The notes: a model not told the origin generated them from the sequence alone. 64,000 nucleotides of DNA from Halieaceae bacterium (GCA_902522335.1 CABYVD010000002.1:16428-80427), one strand, 5' to 3'; positions 29,377-40,719 are shown, counted from the first letter of the stretch. Numbers and translations are program-made.

Positions 29377-30546
29377 ATGATGAGCGACCGTGAGTCTAGC
29401 GAGCTTTTGGGTGTAAAAAGGTTAATCTCACCAATACTAATATTGGCAGTTTCTACTGCGATTTTTGTTGCGCTGGTAAAAAACCAACCGACACTGAAGA
29501 CGACCGCGAAGAAGCCAGTTCCCGTCGCGGTTAGGGCTCTCGATATCAATCTTGCCCCAATGCAACTCAGCGTCAACTCTGAAGGCAATGTGCAGCCCAG
29601 TGTAGAGACGAAGCTAGTTGCACAAGTGGCGGGCGAGGTAGTCAAACTCTCCTCAAGCCTTGTTGCTGGCGGGGAATTCAGCGAAGGCGATATTTTGCTG
29701 AAGTTGGATCCGCGAGACTATGAAATTGCACTGGCGAGGTCTGAAGCCGCATTGTCACGCGCGCAAGCAGAGCAGCGCTTTGCCGCTGAGGAGGCTTCGC
29801 GCGTTCGATCACTGTACGGTGATGAGTTGACGAGCATCGCGCAGCTGCAGAGCGCCGAACGATTACTATCGATCGCAAACGCCAACGTGGATGACGCGTC
29901 TGCAGCTATGAAACGCGCGAATGTGGATCTCGAGCGCACGGTCTTCACCGCACCCTTCAATGGTCGTGTTCGCGCAGAGAACGTGGATATCGGGCAGTTT
30001 TTGTCCAAGGGGGCCATGATTGCCACCCTGTATGACACCGATCGACTCCAAGTTCGCCTGCCTCTGGCAGACGCGCAGCTTGCTTATCTGGATCCAAGCT
30101 ATGCGCAAACCGGACTGTCGGGTGAAGAACCGGCGAATGTGACGCTGAGCGCCAACTACGCCGGAGACCAGCAATCATGGTCGGCCAAACTACTTCGAAC
30201 GGAAGGAGAAATCTCAACAAAAAGTCGCTTTTTGCATGTCATCGTCGAAGTGACCGAGACGCTCAACGATAATGGCGTCCGACTGCCCGTTGGGCTATTC
30301 GTTGACGCAGTCATAGCAGGTCGTACCGTCGACGGTTTAGTGTCTGTGCCACGGGGTGCCCTACGGTCCGATAACTCGGTCATGGTTATCGACGACGATA
30401 ATCAGCTCCACTTCCGAGATGTTTCTGTGTTCAAGCTCTCGGACACCGACGTACTTGTCTCTGAAGGACTAGCCTCGGGAGAGCGCATCAGCATCTCTCC
30501 ATTACAGTTTGTGGTTGAGGGTATGCCTGTGACCGTGATTGACTGA
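29377..30546 (+). CDS. RND efflux periplasmic adaptor (membrane fusion protein)
   Basis: N-terminal TM, QVAGEVV...GDILLKLDPRDYE, APFNGRV, LPVGLFV, GLASGE. Confidence 0.9.
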   Translation: MMSDRESSELLGVKRLISPILILAVSTAIFVALVKNQPTLKTTAKKPVPVAVRALDINLAPMQLSVNSEGNVQPSVETKLVAQVAGEVVKLSSSLVAGGEFSEGDILLKLDPRDYEIALARSEAALSRAQAEQRFAAEEASRVRSLYGDELTSIAQLQSAERLLSIANANVDDASAAMKRANVDLERTVFTAPFNGRVRAENVDIGQFLSKGAMIATLYDTDRLQVRLPLADAQLAYLDPSYAQTGLSGEEPANVTLSANYAGDQQSWSAKLLRTEGEISTKSRFLHVIVEVTETLNDNGVRLPVGLFVDAVIAGRTVDGLVSVPRGALRSDNSVMVIDDDNQLHFRDVSVFKLSDTDVLVSEGLASGERISISPLQFVVEGMPVTVID

Positions 30547-30555
30547 GGCCCGCAA

Positions 30556-33500
30556 ATGCCAAAGCTCATAGCCTGGTTTGTCGATAACCCCGTTGCCGCC
30601 AATCTATTAATGTCCATCCTAATTGCCTCGGGGCTATTGGCGCTCAACGATTTACGTAAGGAAGAGTTCCCAAACGTCGATGCGCCCGTCGTCATGGTCA
30701 CTGTCCCCTACTTGGGTGCAGCACCAGCCGAAGTAGAAACTGGCGTCTGTGCGCGCATCGAAGAATCGATCGACGGCATTGAGAATATTGTCAAGGTCAA
30801 AACGACTGCTGCGGAGGGTCAGTGCAGTGTCGCTGTCGAGCTGGAAATGGACGCTGATAAACCCAAAGCGCTTGACGATATCAAGGCTCAGATCAACGCC
30901 ATCTCTACCTTTCCTGCAAATACGGAGCCTCCCATTGTCTCGCAGGTCACTATGCGCAGTCTTGTGGCTCAAATAGCGGTGCACGGCGATACAGATGAGC
31001 GTTCACTGAAAAACATCACCGAGTCGATCCGAAAGGATCTGCTCGAACTCTCCGAAGTAAGCCTTGTCGAGACACTTTACATGCGTGCAGACGAGATATC
31101 TGTTGAGATATCTGAAGCCACATTGCGCAGACACCAACTGACATTGGAGCAAGTCGCGCACGCTATTTACAGTTCCAGCATCGATATACCCGGCGGTTCT
31201 GTTAAGGCCGATGCTGGCGAGATTCGTCTGCGAAGCACCGGTCAGCGCTACACAGGAGAAGAGCTGGAAAACGTTGTAGTGGCATACGAGCCTGGTGGTG
31301 GTCGTCTGTTGCTCCGAGATATCGCTACGATCGTCGATGGGTTTGAAAATGTGGATCAATACGGCGAATTTAATGGCGAACAAGCCATGATGATTCAAAT
31401 TTCGCGTATCGGTAACGACGATGCCATCGAAATTTCGGAGGCCGTTGTTGCCTACATTGAGAGCAAAGAACGGGAACTCCCCGAGGGTATTCATTTCACG
31501 ATGTGGAGTAATGAAGCCGACGAGCTCGTCGGGCGACTAGGAACCATGGTTAATAACGCATTAGGGGGTCTTTTGCTCGTCATTGTCAGCCTATCGCTGT
31601 TTCTCCGAGTACGACTCGCGCTGTGGGTTAGTGCGGGTATTCCCGTTGCCATTTTCGGCGCACTAGCTTTCTTCCCAAGTGCAGGATTGAGCATCAGCAC
31701 CCTATCCCTCATGGGTCTTCTACTGTCACTGGGGGTAGTTGTCGACGACGCGATTGTAGTTGGTGAACGAATCTACACAAAGGAGCAAGAAGGCTTTGAC
31801 CCTCGCACCGCCGCGATCCGGGGCACGAGTGAGGTCGCAGTACCCGTCTTCTTTGGAGTTCTGACGACCATTGCCGCGTTCATGCCGCTACTGAATGTGA
31901 ACAGTAATCTGGGGCAGTTTTTTGTCTCGATAGGCGGCACTGTCGTGCTTTGTCTGATCTTCAGCATTGTCGAATCTCAGCTGATTTTACCGTCCCACCT
32001 CGCCCACCGCAGTCAAAAACGAGCTCAGTATGGATTTAGTCAACGATGGGAGACATTACAGGACCGGATTGCTGGCTCGCTGGAGTCTTTTGCGACACGC
32101 CGCTATAAGCGATGGATTGAGTGGGGTATCGATAACCGCTACACAACTTTGTCTATTGCACTTGCGATGATGGTTATCATGGGTGGTTTGGTAGCAAGTG
32201 GTCGTGTCGTTTTCCAGTTCTTTCCTGCAGTCGCGGGAAATAATGTAGTCGCACGAGTGGTCATGCCCGAGGGCTACCCACTGGAAAGCACACAGGCCGT
32301 CATCGAGAAGATTCAGGCCTCCGCGGCCGAGACGCGACTAAGAGTAGATGCCGGGCGCGATGACGGCAAGTCAGCGTTCAAAAACGAGCTCTCATCGGTC
32401 GGCGTCAGCATTACCCAAGACTTTGCTATGGTAGGCGATACTGGATCTAACGTTGCCGAAGTCTCTTTAAACCTTGTTCCCTATCGTGAGCGCGGCGGTA
32501 TGACGCCTCAAGAGGTAGTAAATCTCTGGCGAGACCTGACCCCCCCGATTCCCGATGTCGTTGAACTCAGCTTCTCGGCGGACGCCGTCTCCATGGGTGC
32601 CGATATTGATCTTGAACTCCGAGGCCGAGATATTGAGCAACTTGGACGCGCTGCCAACGAGTTGACTGAAATCCTTACAACTTACGGTGGTCTTTACGAC
32701 ATTAGTAATAGTTACCGTTCTGGTAAGCGCGAGCTCGCCTTGAAGGTGCTCCCCGAAGCTGAAGCGCTGGGACTGACACAGGCGGATCTTGGCAATCAGG
32801 TGCGAGATGCTTTTTATGGGCGAGAAGCGCAGCGCGTGCAACGAGGCCGCGATGATGTTCGAGTGATGGTACGATTCCCACAAGATGATCGTCGGTCACT
32901 TGCCAGTTTGGAAACAATGACCATACGTCTGCCCGACAGTACCGAGGTACCGGCTCTGTCAGTCGCCAAAATAACACCCACGGTTGGTAATTCTGCCATT
33001 AACCGAACGGACGGACAGCGGACAATCAACGTTATAGCGTCTGCCGACCGAGAACTTACACCACCGGAAACAGTCCTCGCCGAGATATTCAGGAAGCACG
33101 TACCGCAGCTGATGGAAAACTATCCAGGAATCAGCGTGTCACAGGCGGGTGAAGCCGAGGAGCGAACCCGCGCATTGAGTGGCCTTTTGAGTGCCAGCCT
33201 CGTGGCATTGATGGTCATCTATACCTTGCTTGCAATCCCATTGAAGTCGTACTTGCAGCCCCTCGTAGTCATGGCCAGTATTCCGTTTGGTTTCATTGGC
33301 GCCATTCTGGGGCACGAGATCATGAACTATGACCTGGTATTCTTCTCGTTGCTCGGGATGATTGCACTCGCGGGCGTGGTAATAAATTCAAGCCTGGTGC
33401 TCGTCGACTTTATTAACCGTAACCAACGCCTCCACGGTATGGGACTCAGAGAGGCGGTCATTGACTCGGGAATGTCGCGTTTCCGGCCTATTTTCTTGAC

Positions 33501-33717
33501 ATCGGTAACCACATTCATGGGTTTACTACCGCTTATGGTCACCCGTGACTTTGATACAGCGCCCTTCGTACCCCTCGCAGTGTCACTTGGGTTTGGTGTC
33601 GTCTTCTCTACGGCAGTTACTTTGGTATTGATACCGGCCCTTTACGTCATTCTTTACGACTTTCTCACATTCATCCGAGCCGAGTCCGAAGAAACCGCGG
33701 TATCCGCTCAAAGCTAG
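30556..33717 (+). CDS. RND efflux transporter permease (AcrB/CusA superfamily)
   Basis: WFVDNPVAANLLM, GVVVDDAIVVGE, RFRPIFLTSVTT.MGLLP; 1053 aa. Confidence 0.93.
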   Translation: MPKLIAWFVDNPVAANLLMSILIASGLLALNDLRKEEFPNVDAPVVMVTVPYLGAAPAEVETGVCARIEESIDGIENIVKVKTTAAEGQCSVAVELEMDADKPKALDDIKAQINAISTFPANTEPPIVSQVTMRSLVAQIAVHGDTDERSLKNITESIRKDLLELSEVSLVETLYMRADEISVEISEATLRRHQLTLEQVAHAIYSSSIDIPGGSVKADAGEIRLRSTGQRYTGEELENVVVAYEPGGGRLLLRDIATIVDGFENVDQYGEFNGEQAMMIQISRIGNDDAIEISEAVVAYIESKERELPEGIHFTMWSNEADELVGRLGTMVNNALGGLLLVIVSLSLFLRVRLALWVSAGIPVAIFGALAFFPSAGLSISTLSLMGLLLSLGVVVDDAIVVGERIYTKEQEGFDPRTAAIRGTSEVAVPVFFGVLTTIAAFMPLLNVNSNLGQFFVSIGGTVVLCLIFSIVESQLILPSHLAHRSQKRAQYGFSQRWETLQDRIAGSLESFATRRYKRWIEWGIDNRYTTLSIALAMMVIMGGLVASGRVVFQFFPAVAGNNVVARVVMPEGYPLESTQAVIEKIQASAAETRLRVDAGRDDGKSAFKNELSSVGVSITQDFAMVGDTGSNVAEVSLNLVPYRERGGMTPQEVVNLWRDLTPPIPDVVELSFSADAVSMGADIDLELRGRDIEQLGRAANELTEILTTYGGLYDISNSYRSGKRELALKVLPEAEALGLTQADLGNQVRDAFYGREAQRVQRGRDDVRVMVRFPQDDRRSLASLETMTIRLPDSTEVPALSVAKITPTVGNSAINRTDGQRTINVIASADRELTPPETVLAEIFRKHVPQLMENYPGISVSQAGEAEERTRALSGLLSASLVALMVIYTLLAIPLKSYLQPLVVMASIPFGFIGAILGHEIMNYDLVFFSLLGMIALAGVVINSSLVLVDFINRNQRLHGMGLREAVIDSGMSRFRPIFLTSVTTFMGLLPLMVTRDFDTAPFVPLAVSLGFGVVFSTAVTLVLIPALYVILYDFLTFIRAESEETAVSAQS

Positions 33718-33861
33718 GATATATCGCCCAGCAGCCCATTCATATGCCTGATAGTTGCAAGAACTCCATTCCTAAACACACACGAAAAACCAGTACACCG
33801 TGACGAGTGCAGCTAACCAGTGAGGCAACGCCGAAGCTGGAGCTATTCGGCGATTTCATGC

Positions 33862-33892
33862 AAAAAAAAGCCCGCAGTTTGCGCTGCGGGCT
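33862..33892 (-). terminator. Rho-independent terminator of the TonB-dependent receptor gene
   Basis: AAAAAAAAGCCCGCAG-TTTGCG-CTGCGGGCT on the + strand is a hairpin plus T-tract on the - strand, 20 nt past the stop. Confidence 0.88.
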
Positions 33893-33912
33893 CTTCATCA
33901 GATGGAAAGTCC

Positions 33913-36900
33913 TTATATTGAGTAAGAAAGACCCAAAATGAAGGTGCGACCACGCGGACCGACGGGCCATGCGTTCTGAGTCGCATACGGTTCTTCATCA
34001 GTAACATTGTTGATTATCGCGCGGAACGTCAAAGCATCGCTATAGCGATACCTGGCATTTAAATCAGTAATCACGACTGAGTCGAAGAACCCTGCATCGC
34101 CATAAAGCGCCTGGTTATCTCCCAAACCAAGGACTTCCTCGATTTCGTCTACACCTTGCTTGCTCTGGTATGTAGTTTTCATTCCTAAAGTCATCGCTCC
34201 TCGACCAACTGAGGCGCGGAAGACTGCCGTAGTTTTGGGCCGCCCAATTTCCTGCATTTCAGGGTCCACATCAGACGCATCGAGCGGATTAAAGAAACGA
34301 TTCAGCTGGTCTTGTTTTGAACCGGTCAAGCTTAGTCGGAAGTCTAAATCTTCGAGCGCAAACTCGTAAGCCGCGGTAACATCATAACCATCTGCTTCAA
34401 GACTCGCGAAGTTGATTTGCCCCGTCTCGAGGAAGTTCAAACCACCGTCCGCACGACGCGTAAACGCGTCACAGAACCCGAGGTTAGGGTAGTTGGTGGA
34501 GTCGTAACAACCTTTGAGGATGTCACCCGCACCAACGGCTGAGATCGCATCTTCGATGGCAACATCCCAGTAATCTACTGTGATAGTGAGGCCCTCGATA
34601 AAGCTAGGTGTCAGCACAAAGCCGATGGTATCGGTATCCGCAGTCTCTACGCCCAGATTAGGGTTGCCACCAGATACTCCGTTAAAACGCGCTGTAAGTG
34701 GGTTCGCCCACGCGTACTCACCCGCTTCGTTGTAGATAGCAGAGTTTGCTACGCCAATCGCCTGGAGTGCTGCCGCACAGTTTGCTTCACGAACCGACGA
34801 ACCTTCGTTGATTCGCAGCGCATCACAGGGGTCTTCGTTCTTACCGATGAAGATTGGGAGACGCGGATCATACAGCTCGGAGATGTTTGGAGCGCGAACA
34901 GCCTCAGAGGTTGTGTAGCGCAAACGGACTTGATCAAAGGGCGCCCACGTTGCACCGAACTTCCATGAAGTGGCTTCGCCCAGCGTCGAGTAATCCGCCT
35001 GTCGCACCGCTGCATCCACTGTTAACTCACGTGCAAACGAGCGATCAGCAAAAATGGGAAGGCGAATTTCCGCAAACACGTCAGTTACATCATAATCACC
35101 CGACGTATTGAACTGCTGGGTGTTATCGAACGAAGTGAAGCCAAACAACCATGGCGACACCTCACTGACCTGCACTCCAGGCGTGAAGGATGTTCCCGCT
35201 GGCAGAATACCCAGCGTAAGGGGGTCCAATTGGTTGTCGCTTGACTCATCGCGATACTCGATACCAGCTGCGTAACCTATGGGACCATCCAGCAACCCAC
35301 TAAGGACATCAAACGAACCGACCGCTGTGATGTTCAGAACAAACTGTTCGACTTCGAGCTCATCTGTCAAACGCTCGGTGATAAAGTCCTGTGCCTCTGG
35401 GCTAGCAGCGTAAGTGCCAAAGGGGTTAAGCGGCTGACACTGACCATCACCTGGTGTGAATGTGTAATAACGGTCACTGTAAAAACTGCCCTCAGTGTAA
35501 CCGTTTGCCCACGCAAAGTAGTCGATCGGGTATGCAGCTGTTGGATCCAAATCTGAGCGACAAACGGGGTTACCATTGGCGTCCGCCACTGTATCCATTG
35601 CTGCGTAGAACCGGTCAAGCAGGATACTGGTTGAGGCTGACTTCTGCTCAAAGGTGCCCTGATTCACCGAAAACTCGACCATATGGTCCTCAGCCGGTTG
35701 CCACTCAAGACCGGCTACGACACGTGTCGTTTCGCGCGTGTACTCAGAGCCGTCTTCATGCCAATCGAGCGCGTCTTTAGTGAAGATCAAATAACCCACC
35801 TGATCCATAACGGGCTGAAGCTCGGCCGGTAGGTAAGGGTTATCGGGCGTAATCTCAAGCGTATCGAAAAACCCGTCGTACTCAGAGTAGGTATTTGTTT
35901 CAGCTTTCACGTACTTAGTCTCGAGAAAACCTTTCAAACTGTCGCTAAATTCATAGCTCACATTAAAATTGACGACCTGACGATCCGTCTCTGGATAAAG
36001 CGTATCGATGTTGTGGTTTCCGTATGCGCTGTCACCGCCCGTACTGAGCAGGCCGTCAATGAGGACACCGTCCTGGTTTACGCGAACGCTGCCGTCTGGG
36101 TTTGTTAACCAGCAACCCGCGAGATAGCCGACTCGACCACCCTCTGATTCCTGGCAGTCGGCAATGCCATTCCCGTTAATATCGACATAAATATTCCCTC
36201 GCCCACCAAAACCGGGTGCAACCGAACCTTCATGGGACGTCAGCCAATAACCAACGTCATTTAGCACCGTGCGAGGTGGACCGTTAGGATCCGGATTATT
36301 TACGGTAAATCCAATTCCATTATCACGTGACCACGAACGCTCGCCGTACAAAATACCTGAGTCATCCTCTGCACTGACGGTCAGCACGGCATTACCGCGA
36401 CCATCGGCAAAATTTGTTCCCCAAGCGATATCGAGAACCGTGGTTTCACCAGCGCCGCGCTCTGGACGCCCTGTCGATAGATCAATCTCCAGACCTTCAA
36501 AGTCGTCTTTCAAGATGAAGTTCACAACACCGGTTACCGCATCAGCACCATAAACCGCTGAGGCGCCACCGGTCGTCACTTCAACGCTTTTAACCAAGGC
36601 ACGGGGAATCGAGCCGACATCAACCGCTTGTGAACCACGAAAACCTGCCACGTGACGGCGCCCATTGACCAGCGTCAAGGTTCGTGAGCCGCCCAACCCG
36701 CGAAGGTTGAGGCTGTTTGCGCCGGTTGATGAGTTCTCAGCAGTAATCGAGGAAACAAGCGCGGGGATATCGGCAACGATATCGGCAATGTTGATTTCAC
36801 CCGAGTTACGGATGTCTTCCTCAGATACCGCCTGAATGGGTACTGAAGAGATGGCGTTTGAATCAACGGGAATACGGGATCCCGTAACGATGACTTCTTC

Positions 36901-36990
36901 CAACTTTTCCTGGGCTGAAACCGCGGGTGCTGCTGTGGCAACGGCGACTGCCAATGCAAAGCCGGGTTTCCGAGACAATGACTTGATCAT
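33913..36990 (-). CDS. TonB-dependent receptor
   Basis: Signal peptide, TonB box LEEVIVTGSRI, plug NLRGLG..RTLTLVNGRR and GGASAVYGADAVTGVVNFI, RAPNISEL, C-terminal GRTFILGLSYSI. Confidence 0.95.
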   Translation of the reverse strand: MIKSLSRKPGFALAVAVATAAPAVSAQEKLEEVIVTGSRIPVDSNAISSVPIQAVSEEDIRNSGEINIADIVADIPALVSSITAENSSTGANSLNLRGLGGSRTLTLVNGRRHVAGFRGSQAVDVGSIPRALVKSVEVTTGGASAVYGADAVTGVVNFILKDDFEGLEIDLSTGRPERGAGETTVLDIAWGTNFADGRGNAVLTVSAEDDSGILYGERSWSRDNGIGFTVNNPDPNGPPRTVLNDVGYWLTSHEGSVAPGFGGRGNIYVDINGNGIADCQESEGGRVGYLAGCWLTNPDGSVRVNQDGVLIDGLLSTGGDSAYGNHNIDTLYPETDRQVVNFNVSYEFSDSLKGFLETKYVKAETNTYSEYDGFFDTLEITPDNPYLPAELQPVMDQVGYLIFTKDALDWHEDGSEYTRETTRVVAGLEWQPAEDHMVEFSVNQGTFEQKSASTSILLDRFYAAMDTVADANGNPVCRSDLDPTAAYPIDYFAWANGYTEGSFYSDRYYTFTPGDGQCQPLNPFGTYAASPEAQDFITERLTDELEVEQFVLNITAVGSFDVLSGLLDGPIGYAAGIEYRDESSDNQLDPLTLGILPAGTSFTPGVQVSEVSPWLFGFTSFDNTQQFNTSGDYDVTDVFAEIRLPIFADRSFARELTVDAAVRQADYSTLGEATSWKFGATWAPFDQVRLRYTTSEAVRAPNISELYDPRLPIFIGKNEDPCDALRINEGSSVREANCAAALQAIGVANSAIYNEAGEYAWANPLTARFNGVSGGNPNLGVETADTDTIGFVLTPSFIEGLTITVDYWDVAIEDAISAVGAGDILKGCYDSTNYPNLGFCDAFTRRADGGLNFLETGQINFASLEADGYDVTAAYEFALEDLDFRLSLTGSKQDQLNRFFNPLDASDVDPEMQEIGRPKTTAVFRASVGRGAMTLGMKTTYQSKQGVDEIEEVLGLGDNQALYGDAGFFDSVVITDLNARYRYSDALTFRAIINNVTDEEPYATQNAWPVGPRGRTFILGLSYSI

Positions 36991-37300
36991 CTTAGCGTCC
37001 TTTCATGGTTTGGTTGCTCGATCCATCCATAGGCACGGACCGCGCGTTTTCTTTAGTTATTCGGCACAAACGTGCCCGCGTTACATTACGCACTTTGCAG
37101 TATATAGCTGTGCACACATGTGACAAGCTAAGGCCACACCAACAGAAAAATTATTACCAAAAACAATGGCTTGTAATTTTTTCATGCCAATGAAATTTCG
37201 ACGAAAAGCCCCAAATTGGTGAAGTTGCGTTGAGGTATGCACTGAATTGGTGCTGACCGGCTTGTGCGCGCGCTCCCCTGTAGTATGATGTACAGGGCGT

Positions 37301-37729
37301 TCAAAAGCCCTCTGCGGCTGCAGATAAGAGTGTCAAACATGCCACCGCTCGCTCCCCTGCCGTCTGCGGAACGAAGATGTGATCGTGATAAAAACCCGCA
37401 ACCACATTGGCGCTAATCGCCTCGGAAGCGAGGGCTTGTGACACCGCAGCAGTGAGACCCACCGCCTCTAAGCTCGAGTGAATATTGAGCGTGATGCGCG
37501 CCATGGGCTCACTGGAGACATCAAACTCCTCGGCTCTTTCCCACGGGACAATCAGGGTCGTGCCTTCAGTCTCCCGAAACGTCGCTAGTGCGTGCTCCGC
37601 CAAATACTCGCTCGAGACCTCATCCACCGACACGAAGGCCCAGATCTGATCATCCAGCGACGGCGACATCTGCGCAATTAAGGTCAACAGATCGGACTCG
37701 CCCGTGCTTCCGATTTCGTTCGTGCTCAT
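37301..37729 (-). CDS. ACT-domain protein (DUF2241 type)
   Basis: GESDL..L...MSP.L, FRETEGTTLI, ITLNIHSSLEAVGLTAAVS..LA...ISANVVAGFYHDHIFVP. Confidence 0.88.
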   Translation of the reverse strand: MSTNEIGSTGESDLLTLIAQMSPSLDDQIWAFVSVDEVSSEYLAEHALATFRETEGTTLIVPWERAEEFDVSSEPMARITLNIHSSLEAVGLTAAVSQALASEAISANVVAGFYHDHIFVPQTAGERAVACLTLLSAAAEGF

Positions 37730-37943
37730 TTACTACAATCCTGATGAAATCACGCTCAACCCTAACACGTAGGCCACGACTGACCATGCAATCGCTTGAT
37801 CACACCATAGTCTTGAGTAGACTGAAGCAAAGCATTGGGGGGTAGTTGACGAGGAAACTGGGGATTCCGCTTCCCCCCTAGAACTGAACTAAATGCGGCC
37901 ATAGGCTGTGGAAGGAGCCGTCCTATTTTATTGAAAATAAGCT

Positions 37944-38387
37944 TTAGAGCCCCTCGCCCGAGTCCGAATAGATCACCCAAATCTTTCGATAACCATCGGT
38001 TTCCCAAATACCCGTCCACTCCTTGGGGATGGTGACCGCTTCTCCTGCATTGATGGTCATTTGGCTGCCGTCATCAGATGTCAGTGTGACGCTGCCCTCG
38101 AGAAAAAACATGAACTCATCGACGCCGTAGGGTTCAGTAATCTCAGATCGCGACTTACCCGCTTTGTACATACCGGAGGCGAACTTGCCGTCAGACGACC
38201 TCAGGGCAGTGATGTCCAGGATATTACCGGTCGGTGTCTCAGTGACGATGGTTTTTGGATTATCAAAGGCTTTACCCATCAGATCGGCATTCGATAGCTT
38301 GGCGGGATGTATTGTCTCGGCGACTGTCAGTGAACTTGCAGCCGTCAAGAAGATTGAGGCCGTGAGACCTTTCAAATAGCGAGTCAT
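37944..38387 (-). CDS. Cupin-domain protein (DUF861/EutQ-like) with signal peptide
   Basis: SSDGKFASGMY, DEFMFFLEGSVTLT, AGEAVTIPKEWTGIWET.GYRKIWV. Start is ATG 38387 or 38420. Confidence 0.8.
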   Translation of the reverse strand: MTRYLKGLTASIFLTAASSLTVAETIHPAKLSNADLMGKAFDNPKTIVTETPTGNILDITALRSSDGKFASGMYKAGKSRSEITEPYGVDEFMFFLEGSVTLTSDDGSQMTINAGEAVTIPKEWTGIWETDGYRKIWVIYSDSGEGL

Positions 38388-38571
38388 CAAAGCATTGGTT
38401 CCAGTTATAGTTCTAATCATCGATTCATAGTCCCCCTTCCGCACAGGCTCATTATTTAATATCGAGGTGCCACTCAGTTCGCTCACAAAGATTTTACACC
38501 CTCTCGGATTTGAGATGCCTCGCCCCTATGCATTCAGGCTACTGATCAGGGCGTCGCATGAGTGTTGTTCA

Positions 38572-40461
38572 TTAGCCCTCAGCCAATTCAATTTGCTCGT
38601 TGACCGCCCGATCCGCAGCATCCACCGCCCCATCGACATAGGCGTGTGCCTCTGAGTCCGAGTTCGCGATGCTAATGCGCCCTATTTGCGCTCTTCCAGC
38701 AATATGCGGGCCGTTATATCGGTTATAGCTGGGGTTAATTCCAATCCCCTCGAACTCGAAGGCATAACCATGGGGCCAGCGATTGAGCGTAATGCCGGCC
38801 ATGTCGCGGTCCACATCAAACCCATGAGGGCCGAGCATGCCATCAAAGTGTTTGATAATGTCGTCTTCAAAATCTTGATAAGACATTTCGAGTAGTTTCA
38901 TGCGCCCTGCCCGGTATTGGTCCTTGGCGGGCAGCCCTCTCGCTGTCGGCGAATACCAAGCGGTAACCACAATGGGTCTGTCGGTGTATTGGGCATATTC
39001 GTAGTCACCAATGCTGACCGGGTAGTCCAAGTGCAAGTACTTGAAATAAACATCGCCCGGCGAATAAAACATGAAATGTCCTGCATCTTTAAACGACTGC
39101 CAGTTCCTTAACGCAAATGTGCCCAGCACGAACGGAATCTTGGTGGCCTGACCTATCGCCTCGGTTTGAGCCTGACTCGCCTCGGGACACAGGTGCGGGA
39201 TGATTTGGTTATAGCAGGCCATAACCGTATGCTTCGCTCGCACTCGGTAGGTTTTACCGCCGTTGACGTAAGCGACATCGACGTATTTGCCATCAGGCGT
39301 GTTCTGCGCCCTGACCACGGTGCTGTTGAGCCGAATCTTGATCGCATTATCGGGTCTGTCTAACCGACTGTAATCAGCTTTTGCCGTCACCAGGTCTTCC
39401 ATGGTGCTGCTGGGCATAGCGTCGGGAATCAGGTTACGGACCAAGGCACGCGCAATGCTGGCATTGCCGTCCGGAAACTTGAAAATATAAGGCTCTTCTT
39501 TTTCCTCCGATGGTCGCACCCCCACTTCGTCCGTACCCGGGAACCAGTAAATCATCGCTTCCCACGCCGAAATGGCCTCCCAGCCCGCGCCCATCAACGG
39601 AAGCCAGGAATCCTGCAGAATGCCTCTAACGGACTCGGGTTGTTGTGCGTAATCTTTGAGGAAATCGAGGTAACTCGTCTCGCGTAGAACTGCCTCGCGC
39701 TCTGTATTTGAGAGACCCTCCAAATAATCTTTGCCACCCTTCAACAGACTGGCGAAAGCCTGCTGATCCTCTTTACAGATGGGCATGTCACCCGTGATGT
39801 TATTGAGTTGAAAACCCCAGCGATCCCACCAGTCCTGAATAGGGTTTTCAGTGATGGCGCGTTTTCCAAAGGTCGCCTCGTCGAAATAAATGCCGCGGGT
39901 CATACCGCGCTCTTCGAAGAAAGACTGGTCGTGGTAGTCGTAGAAGCGCTCAACGAAGATGCCGAGATCCCTCAGCAGCTGACTCGCGACCGGTGAGTAG
40001 GCCGAGGGCGTATCAATCGCTTGACTCCCCCCGTAACCAATCAGTGTGTCGCCATCGACCGAGAGCTCGTTACGACGCGCATGCCCACCAAAGTCATCGT
40101 GGTTATCCAATACGAGGATCTTGCTGTCGCTTCCGTGCCGGTCTCTAAAGAACTTGGCAGCCGCCAGTCCCGAGATCCCACCACCGACGACTATTAGGTC
40201 GTAGGTTGTCTCCGTTTGCTCTTTAGGTAGAGTGAATGCTCTACCCTCGCGTGCCAGCGCATGGGCGATCTCATAGGTACCATCCACACTGCCACGCATA
40301 CCGGTGAGCGCGGGCGGATAGTAATCAGGTCCCAATGAGTGGGACGGGAGTAAACCTTGCGCGAGTACTTCGAGTGGCGTCAGGTGGAGCCCAGCTGCAC
40401 CAACAGCCATGCCATTGATAAAATCACGGCGTGTGAGTTTTTGCTTTACTGGGCGCTTCAT
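38572..40461 (-). CDS. Tat-exported flavoprotein, spermidine dehydrogenase (SpdH)-like
   Basis: Twin-arginine TRRDFING, YYPPALTGMRG, VVGGGISGLAAA, LDNHDDFGGHARRNE, FPDGNASIARALVR, TLNRWPHGYA, IANSDS; ATG 40461. Confidence 0.8.
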   Translation of the reverse strand: MKRPVKQKLTRRDFINGMAVGAAGLHLTPLEVLAQGLLPSHSLGPDYYPPALTGMRGSVDGTYEIAHALAREGRAFTLPKEQTETTYDLIVVGGGISGLAAAKFFRDRHGSDSKILVLDNHDDFGGHARRNELSVDGDTLIGYGGSQAIDTPSAYSPVASQLLRDLGIFVERFYDYHDQSFFEERGMTRGIYFDEATFGKRAITENPIQDWWDRWGFQLNNITGDMPICKEDQQAFASLLKGGKDYLEGLSNTEREAVLRETSYLDFLKDYAQQPESVRGILQDSWLPLMGAGWEAISAWEAMIYWFPGTDEVGVRPSEEKEEPYIFKFPDGNASIARALVRNLIPDAMPSSTMEDLVTAKADYSRLDRPDNAIKIRLNSTVVRAQNTPDGKYVDVAYVNGGKTYRVRAKHTVMACYNQIIPHLCPEASQAQTEAIGQATKIPFVLGTFALRNWQSFKDAGHFMFYSPGDVYFKYLHLDYPVSIGDYEYAQYTDRPIVVTAWYSPTARGLPAKDQYRAGRMKLLEMSYQDFEDDIIKHFDGMLGPHGFDVDRDMAGITLNRWPHGYAFEFEGIGINPSYNRYNGPHIAGRAQIGRISIANSDSEAHAYVDGAVDAADRAVNEQIELAEG

Positions 40462-40719
40462 TGCTTTAGTCGCTGCTCCCTTCAAATGCTGTTCTAAACC
40501 TTCTTGAACTTTCTTTACACGGATAGTGGCTGCAATTACCTGCTTCTCGACGCATGCGGACACTTCGCTTTGGCAGTGTCATCACCATAGGCCTGCCGCC
40601 TGCAAAAGTAAAAGCACTGGCAGTCACCAGCAACTTGTCGTTTACTCACGGGAAGGGAGCTAAACGTGGTCCGCGAGTAAACAAAATAAAAACCTAAATT
40701 TAAACGATAGGAACGAAGA

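Noticed and set aside
29377-33717. RND pump without an outer-membrane factor
   Set aside because: This is an ordinary arrangement; a TolC-like gene is usually encoded elsewhere.
37062-37078. GGCAC-N4-GTGCC upstream of the TonB receptor as a sigma54 promoter
   Set aside because: The GG-to-GC spacing is one base short of the -24/-12 consensus.
37276-37297. CCCTGTA-N8-TACAGGG as a possible LexA box
   Set aside because: The spacing is CTGT-N10-ACAG, not N8. It sits right after the ACT gene stop, so an RNA hairpin is more likely.
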